32,000 nucleotides of DNA from Aquifex aeolicus VF5 (GTDB lineage: Bacteria > Aquificota > Aquificia > Aquificales > Aquificaceae): NCBI RefSeq assembly GCF_000008625.1, contig NC_000918.1, forward strand, positions 720,001 to 752,000, in the 5' to 3' direction. Both the position numbers and the translations under genes were made by a program. Of the stretch, positions 19,750-29,629 are shown one piece after another. Below the pieces are notes generated by a model. The model saw only the letters and a list, made by a program, of their open reading frames with translations. It ran no database searches and had not been told where the DNA came from. How positions within the stretch are numbered: position 1 is the first letter of the stretch; each line of letters opens with the position of its first letter.

Positions 19750-21233
19750 GCCCCTTCCCTTTTCTTCCACTTCGTTCCCGCAGGAGTATCTTCCAAGACA
19801 ATTCCGAGTTCCTTTAATTTGTCCCTTATGTAGTCTGCAACTTTAAACACCTTTTCCTTTCTGGCTATATTTCTGGCTTCTATGAGTATCTGTATTAATT
19901 TCTCGTCAAAAACCTGACCCGCTTCCAGTTCCCTTTCAACCACTCTCTCAACCTTGCACTCCGGATATAAATCCTCAAGGAGTCCGAAAATCTTTTTCAT
20001 GGTGTTTAAGAGAGATTTTGACGCAAACTCGTATGCGGAGAGTTCCCTGTCCGTTATCTTTCCTTCGGAGTAAGCCTTGTTCTTTACCTTGTTCAGTTCT
20101 CCTACGAGCTTGTAGACGTGGGAAAGTGCCTCAGGGGTGTTGAAGTCGTCGCTCAGGGAAGCGTAAAAGTTCTCCTCAAACTCCTTAACTTGCTCGTAAA
20201 GGGGGTGAGTTCCTCCCTCTTTGCTTTCAACCACCTGTAGTTTTTTAAGTAGTTCAAGGTCTTCTATGGCGTTCTTCAGTCTCTCGTAAGCCTTAAGAGT
20301 CTCTTCCATCTTTTCCCATGAGAAGTCAAGGGGACTCCTGTAATGGGTAAAGAGAACCAGGAGTCTCAACACATCTGGGTGATACTTTGTGTAAACTTCC
20401 CTCAGGGTTACGTAATTTCCGAGGGATTTTGACATTTTCTGACCGCCTACGGTAACGAGTCCGTTGTGCATCCAGTATCTTGCAAAGGGTTTCCCCGTTA
20501 TCGCTTCCGCCTGAGCTATCTCGTTCTCGTGATGTGGGAACACGAGGTCAAGTCCTCCGCCGTGAATGTCTATGGTCTCTCCGAGGTGCTTAAACACCAT
20601 CGCCACGCACTCGGTGTGCCATCCCGGTCTTCCCTTTCCCCAGGGTGAATCCCAGGCGGGTTCTCCCGCCTTTGAAGCCTTCCAGAGGGCAAAGTCTAAG
20701 GGGTCCCTCTTCTTTTCGGAAGGCTCAACCCTTGCACCTGCAATTAGTTCCTCTATATCCCTCTTTGAAAGCTTTCCGTAGTCCTTGAATTTCTTGACAG
20801 AAAAGTAAACGTCTCCTTCCACTACGTAAGCGTATCCCTTTTCAACGAGTTTCTGGATAACTTCTATAATCTCGGGTATGTGCTCGGTTACCCTCGGCTC
20901 TACGTCCGCGGGTCTCACCCTTATGTTTTCCATGTCTACGTAATACCGTGCTATGTATCTGTCCGCTATCGTCATAAAGTCCGTGCATTCCTGCTTTGCC
21001 CTGTTTATTATCTTGTCGTCAACGTCCGTAAAGTTCCTTACGAACTTTACCTGATATCCTAAATGTTCCAGAAACCTCCTGAAAACGTCAAAGACTATTA
21101 AGCTCCTTCCGTGTCCTACGTGAGAGTCGTCGTAAACGGTTACACCGCAGGTGTATATTAGAACTTTAGGGGGATTTATGGGAACGAACTCCTCAACTTT
21201 TCCGGAAAGTGTGTTATATATCCTCAAGCTCAT
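19746..21233 (-). CDS. cysS: Cysteinyl-tRNA synthetase
   Basis: HVGHGR (HIGH) and KMSKSLGN (KMSKS) motifs and a CGVTVYD N-terminus. Confidence 0.95.
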   Translation of the reverse strand: MSLRIYNTLSGKVEEFVPINPPKVLIYTCGVTVYDDSHVGHGRSLIVFDVFRRFLEHLGYQVKFVRNFTDVDDKIINRAKQECTDFMTIADRYIARYYVDMENIRVRPADVEPRVTEHIPEIIEVIQKLVEKGYAYVVEGDVYFSVKKFKDYGKLSKRDIEELIAGARVEPSEKKRDPLDFALWKASKAGEPAWDSPWGKGRPGWHTECVAMVFKHLGETIDIHGGGLDLVFPHHENEIAQAEAITGKPFARYWMHNGLVTVGGQKMSKSLGNYVTLREVYTKYHPDVLRLLVLFTHYRSPLDFSWEKMEETLKAYERLKNAIEDLELLKKLQVVESKEGGTHPLYEQVKEFEENFYASLSDDFNTPEALSHVYKLVGELNKVKNKAYSEGKITDRELSAYEFASKSLLNTMKKIFGLLEDLYPECKVERVVERELEAGQVFDEKLIQILIEARNIARKEKVFKVADYIRDKLKELGIVLEDTPAGTKWKKREGA

Positions 21234-21237
21234 AGTT

Positions 21238-22227
<990 letters not shown>

Positions 22228-22237
22228 TTATATTCTC

Positions 22238-22948
22238 ATGTTCAAAGTAGGAAAGGTTTCTTATTTGAACACGCTTCCTCTTTTTTACTCCCTTGAAGGT
22301 TTTGAAGTCGTGGAAGGTGTACCTTCAGAGCTTGTTGAAAAATTGAGAAGAGGAGAAATACATGCGGGAATAGTTTCCTCCGTTGAGTACTTCTTCAACC
22401 CTCAGGATTACTTTATACTTTCCGGCATTTCCATATCCTCAAGGGGTTCGGTTTGCTCTGTAAAACTCTTCTCAAACGAGCCGATGGAAAAGATAAGGGA
22501 AGTGAACATTACAAAAGCTTCACTAACTTCAAGGGAACTTCTCTTTTACCTCTTTGAAAAGAAGTTTGGTTTTGTGCCGAAAGAGAGTGAAGAAGCACAG
22601 GCAAAACTCCTTATCGGTGATGAAGCGATGGAACAAAAGGGATATAAATTCGTTTACGACCTCGGAGAGGAGTGGTTCAAACTCCACGGACTTCCTTTTG
22701 TTTTTGCTCTATTTCTCGTAAAGAGGGATGCGGACATAAGTAAAGCAAAGTTCTTAAAAAAAGAAATTAAGAAAAGTGTTAAAAACTTCTTTGAGGAAGG
22801 GATTAAAAATATTAAGAATAAAGAATACTTTAAAAACTGTTTAGATTACTCCTTAGGAGGAGAACATATAAAGTCTTTAATAAATTTTTACGCTTATCTC
22901 TCAAGGAAGTTTAAAAAGCAAGTACCGAAGTTAAAGTTCGTGCTTTAG
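22238..22948 (+). CDS. mqnA: Chorismate dehydratase, futalosine-pathway menaquinone biosynthesis (MqnA family)
   Basis: N-terminus KVGKVSYLNTLPLFYSL and ...GEIHAGIVSSVEYF are typical of the MqnA/VitK2_biosynth family. ATG 22238 is preferred over 22202, which overlaps galE. Confidence 0.7.
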   Translation: MFKVGKVSYLNTLPLFYSLEGFEVVEGVPSELVEKLRRGEIHAGIVSSVEYFFNPQDYFILSGISISSRGSVCSVKLFSNEPMEKIREVNITKASLTSRELLFYLFEKKFGFVPKESEEAQAKLLIGDEAMEQKGYKFVYDLGEEWFKLHGLPFVFALFLVKRDADISKAKFLKKEIKKSVKNFFEEGIKNIKNKEYFKNCLDYSLGGEHIKSLINFYAYLSRKFKKQVPKLKFVL

Positions 22949-22978
22949 TGTGAGTAACATCTGTATATATTAAAACTT

Positions 22979-24310
22979 ATGACTGCGGTAAGCCAAGAAA
23001 TAATGAACTACATAGAGGAGAAAGTAAACAGGGCAAGAAGCGTTCTGAGAGAACTCACTTCCCTCAAAACTTCCGTAAAGAACGAAACCCTCTTAAAAGT
23101 AGCAGAACTAATAGATAAAAACAGGGATTACATAAAGGAAGAAAACAGGAAGGACGTAGAAAAGGCAAAGGAAATGGGATTGAGACCTGCAGTTGTAGAC
23201 AGGTTGGTTCTCAACGACAAGAGAATAGACGGAATGGTAAAAGTACTCAAAGACGTTGCCTCCTTACCTGATCCTGTAGGTGAGATTATAAAAATGTGGA
23301 ATCTCCCTAACGGTCTGAAAGTGGGAAGGATGAGAGTTCCCTTGGGAGTGATATTCATCGTTTACGAGTCAAGGCCGAACGTCACTATAGAAGCCTCATC
23401 CCTTTGTATGAAGTCCTCAAACGCAGTTATCCTGAGAGGAGGCAAAGAAGCCATAAACTCTAACAAAGCACTCGTTAACCTAATAAAGGAAGCGTGCAGG
23501 GAAACGGGATTTCCCGAAGATGCTGTTCAGTTCATAGACAGATCCGAGAGGGAAATAGTGTGGGAAATCCTGAAGATGGAGGGCAAAATAGACGTTGCCA
23601 TTCCGAGGGGAGGGGAAAGCTTGATAAGGGCTGTTGTTGAACACGCAAAAGTTCCCGTCATTAAACACTACAAGGGTGTTTGCAACATTTACGTTGACGA
23701 CGAGGCTGACCTTGAAAAGGCTTACCACATAGTTTACAACGCAAAGGTTCAAAGGCCTTCCGTCTGCAACGCTGTTGAGAACCTAGTAATAAACAGAAAA
23801 ATACTGAAAGAGTTCTTCCCGAAGATGGCTTACTACCTCGGAAAGGCGGGTGTGGAACTCAGGTGTGATGAAGAAAGCCTGCAGGTTATAAAGGAAAACC
23901 CGAAACTCTCCTTTGTTAACGCAAAACCTGCAACTGAAGAGGATTACTACGAGGAGTTCTTAGACTTAATACTCGCCGTGAAGGTGGTAGACGATGTTGA
24001 CGAAGCGATAGCTTTCATAGAAAAGTACGGCTCAAAACACTCGGATGCGATAATCACGGAAAACTACACAAAGGCTATGAAGTTCTTAAGGGAAGTGGAC
24101 TCCGCCGCCGTTTACGTTAACGCGTCCACGAGATTTACCGACGGAAACGAGTTCGGACTCGGAGCGGAAATGGGGATCTCAACGGACAAGATCCATGCAA
24201 GGGGGCCCATGGCACTCGAAGAGCTGACCATACCGAAGTTCGTAATACTCGGAGAAGGGCAGGTGAGGGACAACTTCGGTGTTCCCGAAGAGTGGATGAA
24301 GGAGTTTTAA
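22979..24310 (+). CDS. proA: Gamma-glutamyl phosphate reductase
   Basis: Full-length aldehyde-dehydrogenase-like ProA pattern (YESRPNVT..A..LC.KS.NA.ILRGGKEA; catalytic Cys in RPSVCNAVENL). Confidence 0.9.
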   Translation: MTAVSQEIMNYIEEKVNRARSVLRELTSLKTSVKNETLLKVAELIDKNRDYIKEENRKDVEKAKEMGLRPAVVDRLVLNDKRIDGMVKVLKDVASLPDPVGEIIKMWNLPNGLKVGRMRVPLGVIFIVYESRPNVTIEASSLCMKSSNAVILRGGKEAINSNKALVNLIKEACRETGFPEDAVQFIDRSEREIVWEILKMEGKIDVAIPRGGESLIRAVVEHAKVPVIKHYKGVCNIYVDDEADLEKAYHIVYNAKVQRPSVCNAVENLVINRKILKEFFPKMAYYLGKAGVELRCDEESLQVIKENPKLSFVNAKPATEEDYYEEFLDLILAVKVVDDVDEAIAFIEKYGSKHSDAIITENYTKAMKFLREVDSAAVYVNASTRFTDGNEFGLGAEMGISTDKIHARGPMALEELTIPKFVILGEGQVRDNFGVPEEWMKEF

Positions 24311-24319
24311 AGGAGGCTT

Positions 24320-24754
24320 GTGATGACTCAAAAGAAGCCCATAAGGGATCTCATTGAAAGCTGTATAACAAAAGTAGAGGAACACTACAAGTTAAAGGAA
24401 CTCTACCAGAGACTAAACCAAGGGATAAACGTTGAAGAAGTTCTCAAAGAAACCGTGGAAGACTACAAGGAAAAAATGGAAAAGTACATTTTAGAAGTTC
24501 TGGAAGAAATAGAAAAGTATTGCGAGTACAGGGAGAGCTTACACGGAGATCAGAAGAAGGAAGCGGAAGAGGAACTATGCGAGTGTGAAAAAGATCTTTA
24601 CTGCACTATAGCGGAGCTCTTCGAGCTTTACCACTTCTTCAGGGAACTCGAAAACTTGAGTAAGGAACAGATAAACGAAGCGGTAAGTATACCCGTTGAA
24701 ATAATCTACAACGTTGTTTTGAAGCTAAAGGGTATAGAGGAGAAAAATCAGTGA
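24320..24754 (+). CDS. Hypothetical acidic helical protein with 5 Cys
   Basis: SD AGGAGG lies 4-7 nt before GTG 24320/ATG 24323, directly after proA. I recognise no family. Confidence 0.5.
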   Translation: MMTQKKPIRDLIESCITKVEEHYKLKELYQRLNQGINVEEVLKETVEDYKEKMEKYILEVLEEIEKYCEYRESLHGDQKKEAEEELCECEKDLYCTIAELFELYHFFRELENLSKEQINEAVSIPVEIIYNVVLKLKGIEEKNQ

Positions 24755-24787
24755 TTTTAAAGGTTCTAACCATAGAATAAAAAGCGT

Positions 24788-25714
24788 ATGGAAAGGGAAA
24801 AAAGCTTAAAAGTTCTTGCTTTTAGTTTCCTATTAATATTTCTCTTTGCTTTTATTGAATTCCTCGGCGGACTGCTCACAAACAGTTTGGCTCTCCTCTC
24901 AGATGCCGGCCACATGCTCACGGACGCTGTATCCCTTTCTATAGCACTCGTTGCCCAGTACTTAGCTCTCAAAGTAAAGACGAAGAGGACGACTTACGGA
25001 CTCTACAGACTCGAAGTTCTCGCCGCACTCGTAAACGGAGTCTTCCTCTTAGGACTTATAGGCTACATAATCCTCGAAGCTATTCACAGATTTGAAAACC
25101 CTGAACCAGTGAAACCTCAGATGATATACATAGCCTTTGCGGGACTGATTGTTAACCTCGTAGTGGGATACATACTCCTGAAGCATTCTGAAGAGAACAT
25201 AAACATTAAGAGTGCGCTGCTTCACGTGGCGACGGACACACTCGGTTCGGTTGCAGCGATAATAGCGGGGATAGCGATCGTTTTCTGGAAGTTTTACCTT
25301 GCGGACCCAATTCTGAGCGTTGCTGTAGCCCTTTTAATCCTGCCTTCCGCCTACTCGGTTATAAAGGAAACCGTAAACGTACTCCTTGAAGTTGCCCCTT
25401 CCCACATTAACACGGAAGAACTCGAAAAGGAACTCTTGAACCTTCAAGGTGTAAAAGGCGTTCACGACCTTCACGTCTGGTCCATAACACCCGGAACGGA
25501 AGTACTTACGGTTCATGTGGTTGTTGAAGACACGAGTATATGCAACGACATATTGAAGGAAGTTGAAAAGATAGCCCACAAGTACGGTATAAAACATACC
25601 ACGGTACAGCTTGAAAAGGAAGGTTACGCCTGTGCCGAGTGCTGTCCCCTTCTCTCTCCTCAAGGGTTAAAGTTCCATCACCACCATCACCACGGCCACG
25701 AGCACGAACACTGA
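24788..25714 (+). CDS. Cation diffusion facilitator (CzcD/ZitB-type) metal efflux transporter with His-rich tail
   Basis: Six TM helices, the LLSDAGHMLTD and HVATDTLGS CDF motifs, a cytoplasmic C-terminal domain, and the tail HHHHHHGHEHEH. Confidence 0.88.
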   Translation: MEREKSLKVLAFSFLLIFLFAFIEFLGGLLTNSLALLSDAGHMLTDAVSLSIALVAQYLALKVKTKRTTYGLYRLEVLAALVNGVFLLGLIGYIILEAIHRFENPEPVKPQMIYIAFAGLIVNLVVGYILLKHSEENINIKSALLHVATDTLGSVAAIIAGIAIVFWKFYLADPILSVAVALLILPSAYSVIKETVNVLLEVAPSHINTEELEKELLNLQGVKGVHDLHVWSITPGTEVLTVHVVVEDTSICNDILKEVEKIAHKYGIKHTTVQLEKEGYACAECCPLLSPQGLKFHHHHHHGHEHEH

Positions 25715-25728
25715 GTTAAATTATCTTT

Positions 25729-26226
25729 ATGGAAAAGACTTATAAACTTCCCATAGTCTTGGGAACGGATCCCGAAAACACTATAAGGATTGACAAACTC
25801 CCTCCCCTTAAGGGTGCCTTTGCGGTTCACATACACGAGTCCGAAACCGAGAACAACGCACACATAAAGCTCGAGTACGGTGATACGGAGTACTGCCTTT
25901 CCCTTTACGTGTTTAACTACCCAAAATTCTTAAGGAACGAAACCGTTAGAGTAAGGAATTACGACCTTTGGCCCAAGTGGATCATGTTTGCCGCGAGACT
26001 GCCTAACGGAAAACTCCACCCCAAAAGCGGGGGAAAAGTGTACAGGGAAGACGCCGTAATAGTTGGAGAGGGGAATTACGAACTCGAAAACCCTTTTATA
26101 AGTTTCAAATATTCGGACGGAAGGATTTTAAACTTTAGAATAGAGTTCTACAGGTACTTAAGGTACAAATCTCCGAAGTACGGTCCGAGTTTTAGGAGCG
26201 AATACTGGTTTATAGGGGTAGATTGA
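25729..26226 (+). CDS. Hypothetical protein (165 aa, beta-rich, no signal peptide)
   Basis: Long ORF whose stop overlaps the next gene's ATG by 1 nt (TGATG). I recognise no family. Confidence 0.55.
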   Translation: MEKTYKLPIVLGTDPENTIRIDKLPPLKGAFAVHIHESETENNAHIKLEYGDTEYCLSLYVFNYPKFLRNETVRVRNYDLWPKWIMFAARLPNGKLHPKSGGKVYREDAVIVGEGNYELENPFISFKYSDGRILNFRIEFYRYLRYKSPKYGPSFRSEYWFIGVD

Positions 26227-27140
26227 TGCTTTTACTGCTTCTTCTCGTCTCCATAGCGTTTTCAGTTCCCAAACTTGTAAGTCCGGAATGGTTGAAAGAA
26301 AACTTAAGTAAAAAGAATTTGGTAATTATAGAATTCGGAGATACCCAGTCTTACCTTGTTGAAGGGCACATTCCGGGAGCGGTTTTGACGGAAAAGGAGC
26401 AGTGGAGGAAGATGGATCCCGAAACGGGAGCTCTCGTGAGAAGAAGTGTGGAGTACTACGAGAAGTTATTCAGGAGCTGGGGAATAAACAACGACTCGGA
26501 GGTGGTTATCTATTACAAGGGAAACACAAGGAACGAAATACTCGGTGCAGTTTACGCCTACTGGGTATTTCACCTCCTCGGACATAAAAGGGTTGGGATA
26601 CTTGACGGAGGTTGGAAGGAGTGGATAAAAAAGGGATACCCCGTGAGTTACGAAGAACCGGAAATAAACAGGGGAAACTTTAAGGCAAAGTACAATAAAG
26701 AACTTGAAACTAACTGGAAGTACGTTTACGAAAATATAGGAAAAATACCCATAATTGACGGCAGATTGCCTGATTTTTACTTCGGTATAGGAAAGTTTCC
26801 GGCAGCTAAAAAGTACGGACATATCCCCTGTTCTGTTCCTTTCTCATGGGAGTGGTGGGTAAAGAGGGATAGAGAGACAGAAAAACTTTACATCGAATTT
26901 CCCTATTATGCAAAAGAGTTTTTAAGGAACCAAGGCTTAAAACCCGAGGACGAGGTAATACTCTTTTGCTTCGGAGGAACTGGAGCCGCTTTCCTTTACT
27001 GGGTGTTTGACGTATCCGGACACAAAAATATGAAGGTATACGACGCTTCAAAAAGGGAATGGGAAGCCCTCAACTTACCTTTAAACAGGTACGTATGGGA
27101 AACCTTTAGGGATTGTAGAAAGTTCTTTTACACTAATTAA
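26226..27140 (+). CDS. Secreted two-domain rhodanese (thiosulfate/3-mercaptopyruvate sulfurtransferase-like)
   Basis: Signal peptide MLLLLLLVSIAFS. Inactive N-terminal and active C-terminal rhodanese domains, with active-site loop CFGGTGAA. Confidence 0.78.
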   Translation: MLLLLLLVSIAFSVPKLVSPEWLKENLSKKNLVIIEFGDTQSYLVEGHIPGAVLTEKEQWRKMDPETGALVRRSVEYYEKLFRSWGINNDSEVVIYYKGNTRNEILGAVYAYWVFHLLGHKRVGILDGGWKEWIKKGYPVSYEEPEINRGNFKAKYNKELETNWKYVYENIGKIPIIDGRLPDFYFGIGKFPAAKKYGHIPCSVPFSWEWWVKRDRETEKLYIEFPYYAKEFLRNQGLKPEDEVILFCFGGTGAAFLYWVFDVSGHKNMKVYDASKREWEALNLPLNRYVWETFRDCRKFFYTN

Positions 27141-27142
27141 GT

Positions 27143-28146
27143 ATGACAGGGTATATTAGATTTTTTCTTGCTTTTCTAGTTTTAATTTCCCATTTAGGTA
27201 TTAGGTTTAAAGGAATGAATGAAGGGGTTTTTGCTGTTGTAATTTTTTATATATTAGCTGGACATGTAGTGACAAAACTTTTCCTCGAAAAGATTAAAAG
27301 TAATGATATTATTAAAAGGTTAAAAATATTTTATATAGAAAGATTTTTAAGGATTTTCCCAAGGTATGTATCAATTTTTTTCTAACTCTTGTCTTTTTAT
27401 TTCTAACCAATTACGGAAACCCCTATATAAATTTCTGCAACTTTCTTTTAAACTTACTAATAATTCCCCTTAACTACTATATGTATTTAGAAAATTGTAT
27501 AGTAATACTAACATCCACTACACCTCCTTGGTGGGCTATACCTCCTGCCTGGTCCTTAGGAGCAGAAATACAAGCATACTTTCTTCTTCCAATACTTTTG
27601 ACGTATAAAATGCTTGGCTTGAGTGTTTTCTGGATATCGTACATTATTTACTCATTGGCTAATTTAAATATAATACACTCTGATTACTTCGGTTATAGAT
27701 TAATCCCAGGAGTTATATTTATGTTTCTTTCAGGTGCTTATTTACAAAAAATAGTAAGCGGAAAAGCTTCCCGCCTGGAAATGCTTTCTTTGATAATAAT
27801 ATACATTATAAGTCTTTTTTGGCTTGTATTTTTTATAATAATTAAAGGAAAATACGGAGCTTATACAAGAGAAACCTTATTAGGCTTATTAGTAGGTATC
27901 CCTCTGGTTTACACTTTGCTAAAAATTAGAAGAAAGTTTTATTTTAATGACTTATTTGGAAAACTTTCATACGGTATATTCCTTTCACACTTTTTATCCT
28001 TTTGGATTCTTGAGTTTGTAAATTTAACACAAAATATAATATCTATGATATTCCTATCCTTAATAATTTCGGCTTCAGTATCGTATTTAATCATTACCCT
28101 TATAGAAAATAAGGTTGAAAAAATAAGATACAACCTGACGAGGTAA
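27143..28146 (+). pseudogene. Acyltransferase-3 (OafA/NolL-type membrane O-acyltransferase) split by a frameshift at a T7 run
   Basis: ORFs 27143..27385 (RFFLAFLVLISH..., ERFLRIFPRY) and 27481..28146 (W.IPPAWSLGAEIQAYFLLP) are the N- and C-terminal parts of one acyltransferase_3 protein. The second frame is open back to 27340. The frames meet at TTTTTTT 27375-27381. Confidence 0.7.
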
Positions 28147-28362
28147 AATAAGAAGGAGAAAAAAGGTTAAGCAAAACTATGTGTCTGTCCCTCGGTAACT
28201 ATTCATATACTCTATACGCATCCGTCTCATACTCCTCCGCTTCAGGTATTTTCGCCAAAATCTTTTAAAGTTGTCTTCCGTTTTTTACCACTTTTTCGCT
28301 CCCGCACTCAGGGCATCTCATAGCTTATATTCTCTTATCATCTCTTTTGTGAACTACCAAAC

Positions 28363-28368
28363 TATAAT
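28363..28368 (+). promoter_or_regulatory. Consensus TATAAT, 7 nt upstream of ATG 28376
   Basis: tataatacatagtATG, with no SD. Compare tataataatagtGTG at tetR. Confidence 0.4.
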
Positions 28369-28375
28369 ACATAGT

Positions 28376-29626
28376 ATGAGATTCTCCATAAGAAATGTTA
28401 GCGAACAGGAAGTTAAAAGGGAAATAAGACACATATTGGAAGAAGTTTCTTCCGATAAAGATGAAATATCTAATAAACATAAACCTACAACTGTAGTAAA
28501 ACCCGTTGACTTTGAAAATATAGATTTAAACTACCTGTTTTCCTTAAACGGAGCTGAATTTGTTAGAAGCGCCTACAGGTTGGTTCTTGGTCGAGAACCG
28601 GATCCTCAAGGTATAGAATATTTTCTTTCAAAATTATTCTCAGGCGAATACACTAAAGGAGATGTTATAGTACACCTTAGATTATCTAAAGAAGGTAGAA
28701 AAAGAAAAACAAAGATTAAAGGTTTTTATAAACTAGCTATACCTTTCTTTTTAAAAAGAGTACCTATAATATCTAAGTTTTATAATTTAGGCAAATTTCT
28801 GATCTTCCCTGAAAGATTTTTAAGGAGACTTATAGCTCTTGAAAATTTCTCTTATACGCATATATTGGAGCTTAAACATGAATTGTACATTTTAAAACAA
28901 TCCACAAATGAAAAAATAAGATTCCTAGAGGAAATTACTTCACCACTCAGAAAGATAGAGGTTAATAATATATGGACAAAAGAATTCAACTTTGGAATTG
29001 AGAATAAAGAAAATTTTTACGCTTCCTTTGAAAATGCATTTAGGGGAGGGTACGAAAGTATAAAAGAAAAGCAAAAAATTTACTTAGATATCTTAAAAAA
29101 AGAAGGAGTAAGAGGAAAGGTGTTAGACGTAGGTTGTGGAAGAGGGGAGTTTTTAGAACTATTAAAACAAGAAGGCTTTGAAGGCATTGGAATAGATGTT
29201 AATAATTATTTAATAGATTTATTAAAAAAGAGAGGGTTTAAAGTTTTTAATATGGATGCCATTTCGTTCCTAGAACAATTTGATGAGGCTTTAGACGCAA
29301 TAACTGCTTTTCAAGTTATTGAACATATGTCTATTAAATACTTAAAAAAATTCTTGGAACTTAGTTATAAAAAGCTTTCTAACGGTGGGCTTATAATTCT
29401 TGAAACGATAAATCCTTGGAACATAGAAGCGTTCGCAAGGTTTTACTTAGACGAAACACATGTAAGACCTATTGTGCCAGAGTATCTCTATTTTCTACTA
29501 AAATACATAGGATTTAAAGATGTTAAGGTAATTTTTCTTTCTCCTTTAGAAAAGGAAATATTCAGTTTTCAAAAATTAAAATATTACTACTTGGATTATG
29601 CGGTTATTGGAAAAAAGGAGGAGTGA
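28376..29626 (+). CDS. DUF4214-domain / class I SAM-dependent methyltransferase fusion protein
   Basis: FVRSAYRLVLGREPDPQGIEYFLSKL is DUF4214-like. VLDVGCGRGEFLELL...GIDVN is SAM motif I. ATG 28376 is preferred over the ORF-track TTG at 28271. Confidence 0.75.
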   Translation: MRFSIRNVSEQEVKREIRHILEEVSSDKDEISNKHKPTTVVKPVDFENIDLNYLFSLNGAEFVRSAYRLVLGREPDPQGIEYFLSKLFSGEYTKGDVIVHLRLSKEGRKRKTKIKGFYKLAIPFFLKRVPIISKFYNLGKFLIFPERFLRRLIALENFSYTHILELKHELYILKQSTNEKIRFLEEITSPLRKIEVNNIWTKEFNFGIENKENFYASFENAFRGGYESIKEKQKIYLDILKKEGVRGKVLDVGCGRGEFLELLKQEGFEGIGIDVNNYLIDLLKKRGFKVFNMDAISFLEQFDEALDAITAFQVIEHMSIKYLKKFLELSYKKLSNGGLIILETINPWNIEAFARFYLDETHVRPIVPEYLYFLLKYIGFKDVKVIFLSPLEKEIFSFQKLKYYYLDYAVIGKKEE

Positions 29627-29629
29627 AGA

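Noticed and set aside
25675-25714. The HHHHHHGHEHEH C-terminus of the CDF transporter looks like an engineered His-tag.
   Set aside because: It uses mixed CAT/CAC codons interspersed with Gly/Glu. His-rich cytoplasmic tails are a natural metal-binding feature of CzcD/ZitB-type transporters, and no vector-like sequence flanks it.
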